DNA from: an uncultured Bacteroidota bacterium
Lineage (GTDB): Bacteria; Bacteroidota; Ignavibacteria; UBA10030; UBA6906
Reading direction: 5' to 3'
Assembly (NCBI GenBank): GCA_963700635.1
Contig: CAVOYH010000005.1
Location: 1 to 64,000, forward strand
DNA: 64,000 nucleotides
Part shown: positions 42,052 through 51,262 of the stretch, in pieces
Layout of the letters: every line of letters starts with the position of its first letter
Position numbering within the stretch: the stretch's first letter is position 1
The notes under the pieces: generated by a model
The model's input: the letters and a program-made list of their open reading frames with translations, nothing else
Told to the model about the DNA's origin: nothing
Databases searched by the model: none
Program-made: the position numbers and the translations under genes

Positions 42052-43041
42052 CTAGCGGTCTCTTGCAAATCTCCTCAAATAAAAGACATGGCCGTCGTAC
42101 TTTGTTTCCACGAGATCCCCCTCAGCCACCAGCCGATCAACAACATTCCAGGAAGATCCAGCCCGAGTTAAAAATGTGTTAACAGCCTCTTTTCTCATCG
42201 GGTGAACAGCGGTGATGCTCAGGATGTCTTTTTCAACATCGCCGGTAAAGGCAAACGTATCTCCCTCATAGCCGATCAGATATTCCACTCGCTCCACTTT
42301 GTCCGCAAGAATCTGATACGCCCGGTTGATGGTCTCTTCATCTGGCCTCCGAACCAGCCTCTCCGCCGGTGGGCGGGTGGGAATGCTCAGATAGGCCTGA
42401 GCCGGCTGAACCTGATGGAGAAAATCGGCTACCTCTTTCAGGCAGTCATCGTTGTCATTCAGCCCCCTGACGAGCATCGTTTCCGTCACCAGTTTTCCGG
42501 TGAAACTTTCAGCAAAGGAGAGTATTCCTTCCAGAATGTGGGACAGCCGGATTGCCCTGTGAGGCCGATTGATCCGTCGCCAGGTTTCTTCCTGGAGAGC
42601 ATCAACCTTCAGTGAAACCCAATCGGCCATGCCGAGTTCTTCTCTGACGTCATCGCGCCAGAGAAGGGAGCTGTTCGTGATCACCCCGACAGGGACATCC
42701 AGCGTCTTTAATAGCAGGATTTCCCTGCCCAGGTTAACGTCCAGAGTAGGCTCCCCGTCCGGCACAAAGGTGAGATAGTCTACTTGTTCCGACTTCTTCT
42801 TCGCTTCCGTCAACCTGATCTGCACGTCCCGAAAAATATCCTCGGGCGCATAGAAGAAACGGCGATCATTCTGCATCAGGGTGGTTCCCCCCACCTGACA
42901 GTAAACGCAGGAATAGGTGCATACCTTGGCCGGAATGTTATTGATACCCAGACTCTTTCCCAGACGACGTGAGGGAACGGGCCCATAAGAGTATCGGACG
43001 TTGCCTGTGGTCATAAGGTTTCTCCTGATGGGGGTTTCCAT
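42052..43041 (-). CDS. Radical SAM protein
   Basis: YGPVPSRRLG.SLG; CTYSCVYC; DGEPTL. Confidence 0.9.
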   Translation of the reverse strand: METPIRRNLMTTGNVRYSYGPVPSRRLGKSLGINNIPAKVCTYSCVYCQVGGTTLMQNDRRFFYAPEDIFRDVQIRLTEAKKKSEQVDYLTFVPDGEPTLDVNLGREILLLKTLDVPVGVITNSSLLWRDDVREELGMADWVSLKVDALQEETWRRINRPHRAIRLSHILEGILSFAESFTGKLVTETMLVRGLNDNDDCLKEVADFLHQVQPAQAYLSIPTRPPAERLVRRPDEETINRAYQILADKVERVEYLIGYEGDTFAFTGDVEKDILSITAVHPMRKEAVNTFLTRAGSSWNVVDRLVAEGDLVETKYDGHVFYLRRFARDR

Positions 43042-43154
43042 CGGTATTCCGGTGGTGCCTCCATGTCGTTTTCCCGCGAGAAGGTCAGTTTATCATAGGC
43101 ATCCAGAAATCTTTGCAGAATGGGATGGGTGCCGACGATTTCTACCGTTTCTCT

Positions 43155-43829
43155 TTATTTCGGGCACTTCTTGAGCACCATGAACCAGTCAAGAACCGTA
43201 GTGTCAGATGCCGGAGTTTCAACACGTTCCTTGGCCATGCCGCAGGAACCCGGTGGTGGCACAATGACGTCTTCTCCGGGGCTCCAGTTTGCGGGTGTCG
43301 CCACGCTGTGCTTATCGGATAGCTGCATGGCCACCAGCAGTCGCTTGATTTCGTCCATGTTGCGGCCGTTGCTGAGAGGGTAATACAGAATTGCTCTGAC
43401 AGTGGCTTTCGGATCGATGATGAAGACCGCTCGAACAGCCTGAGTGGTGCTGGCTGCGGGCTGAAGCATTCCAAACGCCTTGGATACATCCATCGTAAGA
43501 TCACTGATGACCGGGAATGTCACCTCGACTCCCTTCATGCCCTTGAATACGATCTTCTCCTTTATGGTCCTCAGCCAGGCGATGTGGCTGTAAGTGCTGT
43601 CGATGGAGAGACCGAGGAGTTTACAATTGAGTTTTTCGAACTCCGGTTGCAGGGACGTAAAGGTCATGAACTCAGTGGTGCAAACCGGGGTGAAATCGGC
43701 CGGATGGGAGAAGAAAATCACCCACTTGCCTTTGTAGTCGTCAGGGAAATTGATCGGCCCCTGTGTGCTTTCCGCTTTAAAGGACGGGGCTTTTTCGCCG
43801 ATCAATGGAAGTCTTGCTTGCAGGTCCAT
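43155..43829 (-). CDS. Peroxiredoxin (Prx6/archaeal type)
   Basis: HPADFTPVCTTE, VRAVFIID and GRN.DEI motifs. Confidence 0.93.
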   Translation of the reverse strand: MDLQARLPLIGEKAPSFKAESTQGPINFPDDYKGKWVIFFSHPADFTPVCTTEFMTFTSLQPEFEKLNCKLLGLSIDSTYSHIAWLRTIKEKIVFKGMKGVEVTFPVISDLTMDVSKAFGMLQPAASTTQAVRAVFIIDPKATVRAILYYPLSNGRNMDEIKRLLVAMQLSDKHSVATPANWSPGEDVIVPPPGSCGMAKERVETPASDTTVLDWFMVLKKCPK

Positions 43830-43927
43830 CTTTGTGTTTCTCCTTACGTAAAGTTAGTATACGCCGCGGCCGCGCCGATCCATGGGGGCGGCCGTCGGTC
43901 AGTTGTTTCACGGCGGGCAGCTGGGTT

Positions 43928-44320
43928 TTATTCCGACGTGGTTTTCGTTTTGATCTCGTCCAGCTGTTTTCTTATGGAGTCCAGTTCCGACTGCAACGCC
44001 TCGACCTGGTTCTTGAGCTCCTGCTCCTCCATTTCCGGATCGGGTTTCTGGTATGGTGCCGGGTATCCATAAGGAGCGGCATTACCGCCGGACCGCATCC
44101 ACCTCGGCAGGCCGGTGGCGCGGAACATGTTCCGCCATCCGCGTCCGTTCCCGCCGAATCCCCGGCCACGGGGTCCACGGCCTCTCGCGAAATCCATTCC
44201 AATGTCACTTGCCGGGACAGGGTTCGCATACCCCGGCTCCCCGGACCCAGCGCAGTATCCAGCCGCGCGTCCGGTTCTTGCTTTTTTCCCCATCGGTCCA
44301 GTTCGATCTCCTCCTGGCAT
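43928..44320 (-). CDS. DUF5320-like Gly/Arg-rich protein with C-terminal coiled coil
   Basis: MPGGDRTGP.G...TGR.AGYC; GRGWRN.F.ATGLP.W.R. Confidence 0.8.
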   Translation of the reverse strand: MPGGDRTGPMGKKARTGRAAGYCAGSGEPGYANPVPASDIGMDFARGRGPRGRGFGGNGRGWRNMFRATGLPRWMRSGGNAAPYGYPAPYQKPDPEMEEQELKNQVEALQSELDSIRKQLDEIKTKTTSE

Positions 44321-44351
44321 TGTTGTATCCTCCTTTCAAAATGATTGTCTC

Positions 44352-45008
44352 TTATTGCCTTGTCATGGCAGTTCCACACTTCGGGCATGTGCGCTCAACG
44401 CAGGGCACGCCGCGTTCGTGTGGTGCCGTCTGTCCGCATTTTGGACAAAGGCAGGTGCCGGCAACGCCAGCCGCAGAAGGACCTCCCTTACGACCTCGAC
44501 CTTGTCCGCCCTGGCCCTGACCCTTTCCGCCCCCTTTTCCCATTCCACCTCGACCTTGTCCGCCCTGGCCCTGACCCTGTCCGCCACCTTTTTCCATTCC
44601 AACACGTCCTTTTTCGTTCATCTCGTATTCCTCCTCCTTAGTTGTGTCGCATATTCTCCTATGACGACCGCGACCGCAACAGCCCGGCATAGCAAATGTA
44701 TCGTGTTCAAACGTACCACTGAGCCAAGCCTGAACGACCAATTGCAGATCGCCGGCCACGAAGGGGACGACCTGGATTCCGTAGGCGGTGACCATCCCGC
44801 TCATCGGCCTGGAGATCGCACCGCAAACCAGTGTGTTGATTCCAAGCTCCACCAGTCGAAGTGTCTTTTGAACGGACTGATCTTCCGGGAGCGTTTCCTG
44901 GCTCTCGCGGATAATACGTCCTGAGGCGGCCTCGACGACGTGAACCTGTCGCGCGGTGTCGAAAACTGGCGCGATGCGATCGTCCCAGTATGCGAATGCT
45001 GTTTTCAT
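44352..45008 (-). CDS. NifB/NifX-family (Orange-protein-like) domain plus Gly-rich repeat and Zn-ribbon tail
   Basis: RIAPVFD, LVCGAIS and MPGC; CLCPKCG..HERGVPC...CPKCG. Confidence 0.8.
   Translation of the reverse strand: MKTAFAYWDDRIAPVFDTARQVHVVEAASGRIIRESQETLPEDQSVQKTLRLVELGINTLVCGAISRPMSGMVTAYGIQVVPFVAGDLQLVVQAWLSGTFEHDTFAMPGCCGRGRHRRICDTTKEEEYEMNEKGRVGMEKGGGQGQGQGGQGRGGMGKGGGKGQGQGGQGRGRKGGPSAAGVAGTCLCPKCGQTAPHERGVPCVERTCPKCGTAMTRQ
44493..44600. repeat. 54-bp tandem duplication (2 copies, 3 mismatches) encoding a Gly/Gln-rich 18-mer
   Basis: ACCTCGACCTTGTCCGCCCTGGCCCTGACCCT... begins at 44493 and again at 44547. Confidence 0.9.
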
Positions 45009-45046
45009 TGTCCGGGTCCTGCTCCTCGTTCACGCTCTATAAAAGG

Positions 45047-45061
45047 GCAAGTACGGTGCCA
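45047..45061 (-). promoter_or_regulatory. sigma54 -24/-12 promoter of the NifX/DUF5320 operon
   Basis: Perfect TGGCAC-CGTAC-TTGC about 40 bp upstream of the 45008 start, next to a sigma54 activator gene. Confidence 0.85.
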
Positions 45062-45194
45062 GGCTCACCGATTGGACATTAAAAGCTTGTAAGAGGTTAT
45101 AATCAAAGAAGATATGGATGGCAGACGGTGTGGGTAAAAAAGGTATAGAGTAGTTTTGTCGCTACTGTATCTGTTACCGATTGGTGCAGCTAAG

Positions 45195-46586
45195 CTACTG
45201 TGTTCGCTTGCGAGTGGCGCGGCCGTCTCGTTCGGGAAGGGAAATATTCAGCTTTTTCATCCTGCGGAAAAGCGTGGTTTTGTGGATGCCAAGCTCCCGA
45301 GCTGCCGCCAGCCGGTTGAAGGCGTTTCGTTCGAGTGCGGCGTGGATGGCTTGAGCATCGAGGACATTGTGGGCGGACCGCATATCGGCATCCGCGCCCG
45401 CCATTACGCCGCGAGCTGTCAATTCTCCGGGTAGGTGCGCGAATTCTATTTCCCCGTCGCCACAGAGAATGAACGCACGCTCGATGACGTTTTCCAGCTC
45501 GCGGATGTTACCCGGCCAGTCGTGGGCCATGAGGAGGGATAAGGCCTCCGCAGCAATCCCCTTTACGAATTTCCTCTGCGACCGGTTGAACCGGGTGACG
45601 AACTGCTCAACCAGGAGGGGAATGTCTTCTTTTCGTCGGCGCAGCGGGGGCAATTCGACGCGCACCACGTTCACGCGGTAGTAGAGGTCATCCCGAAAAT
45701 GCCCCTGGCGCATTTGGTCAGCCAGGTCTTTGTTTGTTGCCACAATGACACGAACGTCAGCTGCTTCGGATCGGGTGGCTCCCAGCGGCTCATACATACG
45801 TTCCTGCAGCACACGGAGCAATCTGACCTGAAGGGCCTGGCTGATCTCGCCGATTTCGTCGAGTAAGATCGTCCCCCCCTTGGCCAATGCAAAGCGGCCA
45901 GGTTTATCCTTGTTTGCTCCGGTGAACGCCCCGGCCTTGTATCCGAACAATTCCGATTCCAGCAATGTGTCGGGCAAAGCCCCGCAGTTGACTGCGATGA
46001 ACGGCCCCTGGTTTCGCGGGCTGAGCGAATGGATTGTCCGCGCCACCAGTTCCTTCCCGGTGCCGGTTTCTCCGAGGACAAGAACCGTGCTGGGGCTGGC
46101 GGCGATGGCAGGCAGAACTTCGAACACTCGCTGCATCAAGGGGCTTCTGCTGGTCAGGTCGCCGACCCGGAATTTCCCCTCCAACTCCTGTCGTAACGCC
46201 TCGACTTCGGAAAGATCGCGGAATGTCTCTGCGCCGCCGATCACGCGCCCATCGCCGTCCCGCAGCATTGCCGTAGAAATGCTGATGGGGATGCGGTTCC
46301 CGTCCGAATCAACGATGTACCCGGATTTACCGATGATGGGTTTGCCGGTCTTCAGGGTTTCCTGAAGCGAACAGGCGGCCTCGCACATGCTGGAACGAAA
46401 CACATCCGAGCAGCGTTGGCCGATCGCCTCATTACGAGACACACCCGTGATCTCTTCGGCGGCCCGGTTGAACGACGTGACGCGCCACTCCATATCCACA
46501 GTAAAAACGCCGTCTGAGATGCTCTCAAGGATGGTTTCGGTCGGAGTCAGGGCTGCTGGTTTCGTGCTTTTCTTACGGCTGTTCAT
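45195..46586 (-). CDS. sigma54-dependent activator (PAS, AAA+, Fis HTH), OrpR-like
   Basis: GETGTGKE, ESELFG..GAFTGA and WPGNIREL motifs; PAS domain with CX8CX3C. Confidence 0.93.
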   Translation of the reverse strand: MNSRKKSTKPAALTPTETILESISDGVFTVDMEWRVTSFNRAAEEITGVSRNEAIGQRCSDVFRSSMCEAACSLQETLKTGKPIIGKSGYIVDSDGNRIPISISTAMLRDGDGRVIGGAETFRDLSEVEALRQELEGKFRVGDLTSRSPLMQRVFEVLPAIAASPSTVLVLGETGTGKELVARTIHSLSPRNQGPFIAVNCGALPDTLLESELFGYKAGAFTGANKDKPGRFALAKGGTILLDEIGEISQALQVRLLRVLQERMYEPLGATRSEAADVRVIVATNKDLADQMRQGHFRDDLYYRVNVVRVELPPLRRRKEDIPLLVEQFVTRFNRSQRKFVKGIAAEALSLLMAHDWPGNIRELENVIERAFILCGDGEIEFAHLPGELTARGVMAGADADMRSAHNVLDAQAIHAALERNAFNRLAAARELGIHKTTLFRRMKKLNISLPERDGRATRKRTQ

Positions 46587-47054
46587 CCCGATGTGCAGAC
46601 CCTCCCTGCATAGAATCCCCGTAACTCCTCTACCCTGCTAATGATCCGTGTGCTCATGTGCTATATCAGTTGCCCATTCGTTGATTCACCATGCACCGCC
46701 CCTTAAAGAAAACCGTTTCATGCCTCAATCTCAAGGCCATACTCATCTATATTTGAGATTAACTCCCACATTAAAACATGCGAAATTGGATCCAAGTTCC
46801 ACAAAGACGCGATCTGACCTCCGACACTCCTTCAAGATTTTGTAGATAAAAATGTTATCTTGGCCGTAGGGAGTCTCTGGAAAAACGGACTCAATCTTGG
46901 CATTTGCCCTGCGGACGGTTCACGCGGCGGACATAGCAGCCCAAGCCACGTGAAGCGGTTCCTTGATTGCAGGCACCATCTTTTAGTTGTATTCACCGCA
47001 GTTTTTCCCCGCGTTCATCGTCTAATGATACAGAAGCTCACTGAATTGGAGTTC

Positions 47055-47684
47055 ATGCAAGACCGGGAATTCATCGACCGATTGGTGGCAGGAGATCAGG
47101 AGGCTTTTCGCCTCCTCGTGGAACTCCATCAGGCAAAGGTCATCAATACCTGCTACGGCTTCCTCGGCACCAAAGAGGATGCCGAAGACACTGCGCAGGA
47201 GGTCTTTCTCGAGATCTTCCGGTCCATTGAAGGATTCCGGGGTGATGCGTCACTTTCCACCTGGATCTATCGTATCGCGGTCACCCGGTCGCTTGATAGT
47301 GTCCGGGCTCGAAGTCGGGCAAAGAGAACGGATCATCTTAGACAACTGCTGGGATTGGGTGAAACAATGAACGAACCGAAGGCACCGGAAGAGCTGGCCC
47401 CGGACATTCAGCTCGAGGAGAAGGAGCGCATGGAACTGCTTCTCCGTACGATAGCGAAACTGCCGGAGAACCAGCGCGTGGCAATCACACTCGCGAGACT
47501 GGAAGGGTTCAGTTACACCGAGGTTGCCGGGATCCTGGAGACAACCGTCGGTGCCGTGGAGTCCCTTTTGGTCCGCGCCAGGAAGAATCTTGAGAAGGCT
47601 CTGTCAAAGTACTTTCAGCGTCGATTGGCCGATCCGCGCGAAGGGGGATCGTCGTACGCTGAACAACGGAGGAGCGCATTATGA
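47055..47684 (+). CDS. ECF RNA polymerase sigma factor
   Basis: DAEDTAQEVF, STWIYRIA and LPENQR...FSYTEVA motifs; start uncertain. Confidence 0.9.
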   Translation: MQDREFIDRLVAGDQEAFRLLVELHQAKVINTCYGFLGTKEDAEDTAQEVFLEIFRSIEGFRGDASLSTWIYRIAVTRSLDSVRARSRAKRTDHLRQLLGLGETMNEPKAPEELAPDIQLEEKERMELLLRTIAKLPENQRVAITLARLEGFSYTEVAGILETTVGAVESLLVRARKNLEKALSKYFQRRLADPREGGSSYAEQRRSAL

Positions 47685-48025
47685 CCAAACGCGAACGCAT
47701 TCAGGACGAAGTGCAGAAGACGATCAGTTTTCTGGACAAGATGCCGCGACTCGACGGGAATCCATTTCTGTATACGCGCATCGCGCTGCAGTTGAACGCT
47801 GGAGCCGGACGGTCATCGGCACGCGCCGGTCATCGTCTCGCCGCTGTGTTCAGTACCGTGCTGCTGGCGCTTCTGATCATTTTCAACATCATGACACTGG
47901 CGCACTCCCTGACGGGTGCGGCCGGCGACACAGTGTCACGATCGGATCTCAAGGAAACCATAGTGCAAGAGTACCAGATCGGTGTGGATCCGCGGGCGCA
48001 ACTTATCATGACTGAGACCAGGTGA
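47681..48025 (+). CDS. Single-TM putative anti-sigma factor
   Basis: ATGA overlap with the sigma gene; NPFLYTRI followed by one TM helix. Confidence 0.65.
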   Translation: MTKRERIQDEVQKTISFLDKMPRLDGNPFLYTRIALQLNAGAGRSSARAGHRLAAVFSTVLLALLIIFNIMTLAHSLTGAAGDTVSRSDLKETIVQEYQIGVDPRAQLIMTETR

Positions 48026-48032
48026 GGCACGT

Positions 48033-48584
48033 ATGGACATCTTTGCGCAAAAGAAACTTCTTTATGTGATCATCGTCCTGCTGGTTGTCCTGAACGTGGC
48101 CTCCCTCGGCATGCTCTGGTATCAGCACGCACAACGGGATGTCGTTCCTGCCGCTCTTACGCGCGGTGGAAGGGGAGCTATGGGGCGGCTGGTCGAGCGT
48201 GAGCTTGATCTTTCGGGGGAACAGCGCGAGAAGTTTGACCTACTGGGCGCGGAACATGCCTTGACCCTGACGCAGACCCAGGATGCGCTCATCCAGGCCA
48301 AACGGGCGATACTCAAGGAGGTCACTGCGCCGGCCCCGGATACTGCCCGCGTAAGACTCCTCGTGCACGAGATCACGGCGAATCAGGACCGGCTCGAGTG
48401 GCTCCTGTTCGATCACTTTGTCCAGATCCGCTCGCTCCTGAGAGAAGACCAGAAACAGAAGTTCGACAATCTCATCATTGAAGTGACTGAAGCCCCTCCC
48501 CCGCAGCGGCGGGGCGGATTGCGGCGGGGATTGCCGGAGGGGCCGCCTCCGTCAGGCAGGCCTGAACCAGAACCCAGAAATTAG
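48033..48584 (+). CDS. Spy/CpxP/ZraP-like periplasmic protein
   Basis: N-terminal anchor; LDLSGEQ and L..DQKQKF (LTxxQ-like) motifs. Confidence 0.75.
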   Translation: MDIFAQKKLLYVIIVLLVVLNVASLGMLWYQHAQRDVVPAALTRGGRGAMGRLVERELDLSGEQREKFDLLGAEHALTLTQTQDALIQAKRAILKEVTAPAPDTARVRLLVHEITANQDRLEWLLFDHFVQIRSLLREDQKQKFDNLIIEVTEAPPPQRRGGLRRGLPEGPPPSGRPEPEPRN

Positions 48585-48605
48585 AGACAACGGAGAGGAA
48601 ACAGC

Positions 48606-48860
48606 GTGAATCAACTGACGATAACACCCGACCTCGCGATCAGCGAAACGGGCTTCCTGTTCCTTTCGTCCACCGGCGAGACCTTTACGGTGAACGAACT
48701 GGGAAAACAGATACTGAGATCCCTCCAGGATGGGGTGAGCCAGGAGGCGATCATCCAGGCCATCACCGAAGAATTCGACGTTGAGCCGGTGGATGCGCAA
48801 CGGGACGTCGTGGACTTCGTTGGACTCCTGAAGCACCTGCGCCTGGCGGTTGAATCATGA
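48606..48860 (+). CDS. PqqD-family / RiPP recognition element (RRE) protein
   Basis: LF...TGE.F.VN..G..I...L..G....I...I.EEFDV......RDV..F..LL pattern; GAGAGGA RBS. Confidence 0.85.
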   Translation: MNQLTITPDLAISETGFLFLSSTGETFTVNELGKQILRSLQDGVSQEAIIQAITEEFDVEPVDAQRDVVDFVGLLKHLRLAVES

Positions 48861-49897
48861 ACATCGCCATCACGGGGTTGAATAATATCGATAATCCAGG
48901 GCCGGGAGTGCCTGTAATCCGCGCGCTTCGGGATTCGGGAGAAGTTGACGGGCGCATCATCGGACTGCTTTATGACACGCTTGAGCCGGGCGCCTACCTC
49001 CCTTCGGTCGCAGATGCGAGCTACATGATTCCGTATCCCTCCGCGGGCCTGGAGCACCTGTACGGGCGGCTCGCCGTGATTCTGGAGCGGGAGAAGATCG
49101 ACGTCATCATTCCCACGCTCGATTCCGAGTTAAACGGATTCATCGCACTCGCGCCCCGCCTCAAGACGCTTGGAGTGCGCATGCTGCTGCCCTCAAAGGA
49201 GCAGTTGGCCATGCGGGCGAAGGATAAGCTCGCCGATTTTTGCCGCAAACACGGGATCGCTGTTCCTGAGAACATCCTGGCAACCTCCGTACAGGATGTG
49301 TACACGATCCAGACACACTATGACTATCCGGTCGCTGTGAAAGGCATCTTTTACGATGCTGTGATCGCGAACAATTTCGAAGAAGCGCTCTCTGCATTCC
49401 ACCGGTTGCAGGAGAAATGGGGGCTCCCCATTGTTGTGCAGGAGTTCGTCCACGGCGACGAGTATAATGTGTGCGCTCTCGGTGACAACGGTGCGACCGT
49501 TGGCGCCGTTGCTATGAAGAAGATGTACATCACGGACAAGGGGAAGGGGTGGTCGGGCATCACCATCCGGGAGCCGGCGTTGATCGGGCTGACCGAAAAG
49601 ACGATCGGGGCCCTGCAGTGGAACGGTGGGATCGAACTCGAATTCGTGAAGGATCAGGCAACCAATGCCTATGTCCTTCTGGAGATCAACCCCCGCTTTC
49701 CGGCCTGGGTGTACCTGGCCGTTGCTGCCGGACAGAACCTTCCTCTGGCCGCCGCAAAGCTTGCCCTCGGCCAGCCCGTTCCGAAGTTCAGTTCGTACGA
49801 TATCGGGAAGATGTTCATCCGGTATTCGTGGGACCTTATCACTGATATCAAGCGATTTGAAGAAATCACCGTCAGCGGGGAATTACACAATGACTAA
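48857..49897 (+). CDS. ATP-grasp ligase (CarB-like fold)
   Basis: IIPTLDSE, DK, YPVAVKG, VQEFV.G.E and LEINPRFP motifs. Confidence 0.88.
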   Translation: MNIAITGLNNIDNPGPGVPVIRALRDSGEVDGRIIGLLYDTLEPGAYLPSVADASYMIPYPSAGLEHLYGRLAVILEREKIDVIIPTLDSELNGFIALAPRLKTLGVRMLLPSKEQLAMRAKDKLADFCRKHGIAVPENILATSVQDVYTIQTHYDYPVAVKGIFYDAVIANNFEEALSAFHRLQEKWGLPIVVQEFVHGDEYNVCALGDNGATVGAVAMKKMYITDKGKGWSGITIREPALIGLTEKTIGALQWNGGIELEFVKDQATNAYVLLEINPRFPAWVYLAVAAGQNLPLAAAKLALGQPVPKFSSYDIGKMFIRYSWDLITDIKRFEEITVSGELHND

Positions 49898-51251
49898 AAG
49901 ACCGTATGAGCGGCCCGTCATCACGAAGCAACAGTCCGGATTTATGAACAAGTTCGGCAGTGCGCCGGCGAGCACGCCGAGAACTGAGATCGATGGTGTT
50001 CCGATCAAGCAGTTGACTGAGGATTTTGGCTCGCCACTGTTCGTCCTTTCGGAGCGCACGATCCGTGAGACCCAGCGCTCGGCCTTGCGCGTATTCCGTA
50101 CCCGCTATCCGCGTGTACAGTTCGCATGGTCCTACAAAACGAACTACCTCAACGCGGTGTGCTCGGTCTTTCATCAGGAAGGATCATGGGCGGAGGTGGT
50201 GTCGGAATTTGAATACGACCGGGCCCGGGCTCTGGGGATTCCCGGCGAACACATCCTCTTCAACGGCCCCGACAAAAGTTCTGATGCGATCGAGAAGGCG
50301 ATCCGCGATCGCGCGAAGATCCATATCGATCATATGGATGAGCTTTATGAGATCATTGAGGTCACTGAACGTCTTGGTCTGAATGCGGATGTGGCCATTC
50401 GTGTGAATATGGACGTCGGGGTCTATCCGAAATGGGACCGGTTCGGGTTCAACTACGAGAACGGGGAAGCGCAGGATGCGCTGAAGCGCATCGTGATGAC
50501 ATCGCGGCTGAAACTCGTCGGCCTGCATTGCCACATTGGCACCTACATGATGAGCGCTGAACCCTATCGCATCGCCATGGGGAAACTTGTGACCCTCGCC
50601 AACTGGTTGAAGAGCCAGCATGGCATCGCCGTCCAGTACCTCGATGCGGGAGGCGGTCTGCCATCCCGGAATACCCTGAAAGGTCAGTATCTGCCGGCCG
50701 AGGACTCGCTGCCGTCGCTGGAACAGTACGCAGACGCGATCACCGCCCCTTTCCTGGAACTTGCTGCGCGGCGGGACGAAATGCCCATGCTGATTCTCGA
50801 ATCCGGTCGGGCTCTGATCGACAGTGCCGGCTTTCTCGCGAGCACCGTCCGCGCGGCGAAGCGCCTCTCCGATGGAAAACGCGCGCTCGTGCTCGATGCG
50901 GGGGTCAATATTCTCTTTACGAGCTTCTGGTACAAGCATACCATTCTCCCCGCCCAGCCGGCCGGGATCATGAAAGAAAACGCGGCGGTCTTCGGTCCGC
51001 TCTGCATGAACATCGATTGTATCCGAGAGGACATCACTGTGCCCGGTCTCAAAAAGGGTGATCAGGTGGTGATCCTCAACGTCGGGGCGTACAATATGAC
51101 GCAATGGATGCAATTTATCACGCTGCGTCCGGCCGTTGTGATGATCATGGAGAACGGGAAGGCAGAACTCATCAGGAAACCGGAAGACCTGGCCTATGTG
51201 ATGAGTCCCGAGTCTGTCCCGTCCTCACTCACGATTTCGACGCCGGTCTAG
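49890..51251 (+). CDS. PLP-dependent decarboxylase (LysA/ODC fold III), atypical
   Basis: WSYKTN (PLP Lys), LHCHIGT, DAGGG, ESGR, GPLCMNID and GAY motifs. Confidence 0.88.
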   Translation: MTKRPYERPVITKQQSGFMNKFGSAPASTPRTEIDGVPIKQLTEDFGSPLFVLSERTIRETQRSALRVFRTRYPRVQFAWSYKTNYLNAVCSVFHQEGSWAEVVSEFEYDRARALGIPGEHILFNGPDKSSDAIEKAIRDRAKIHIDHMDELYEIIEVTERLGLNADVAIRVNMDVGVYPKWDRFGFNYENGEAQDALKRIVMTSRLKLVGLHCHIGTYMMSAEPYRIAMGKLVTLANWLKSQHGIAVQYLDAGGGLPSRNTLKGQYLPAEDSLPSLEQYADAITAPFLELAARRDEMPMLILESGRALIDSAGFLASTVRAAKRLSDGKRALVLDAGVNILFTSFWYKHTILPAQPAGIMKENAAVFGPLCMNIDCIREDITVPGLKKGDQVVILNVGAYNMTQWMQFITLRPAVVMIMENGKAELIRKPEDLAYVMSPESVPSSLTISTPV

Positions 51252-51262
51252 GGGAACCCAGC

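Noticed and set aside
47681-48584. Small ORFs upstream of the RRE as RiPP precursor peptides
   Set aside because: They have TM or anchor segments and LTxxQ-like motifs that fit anti-sigma and Spy/CpxP proteins.
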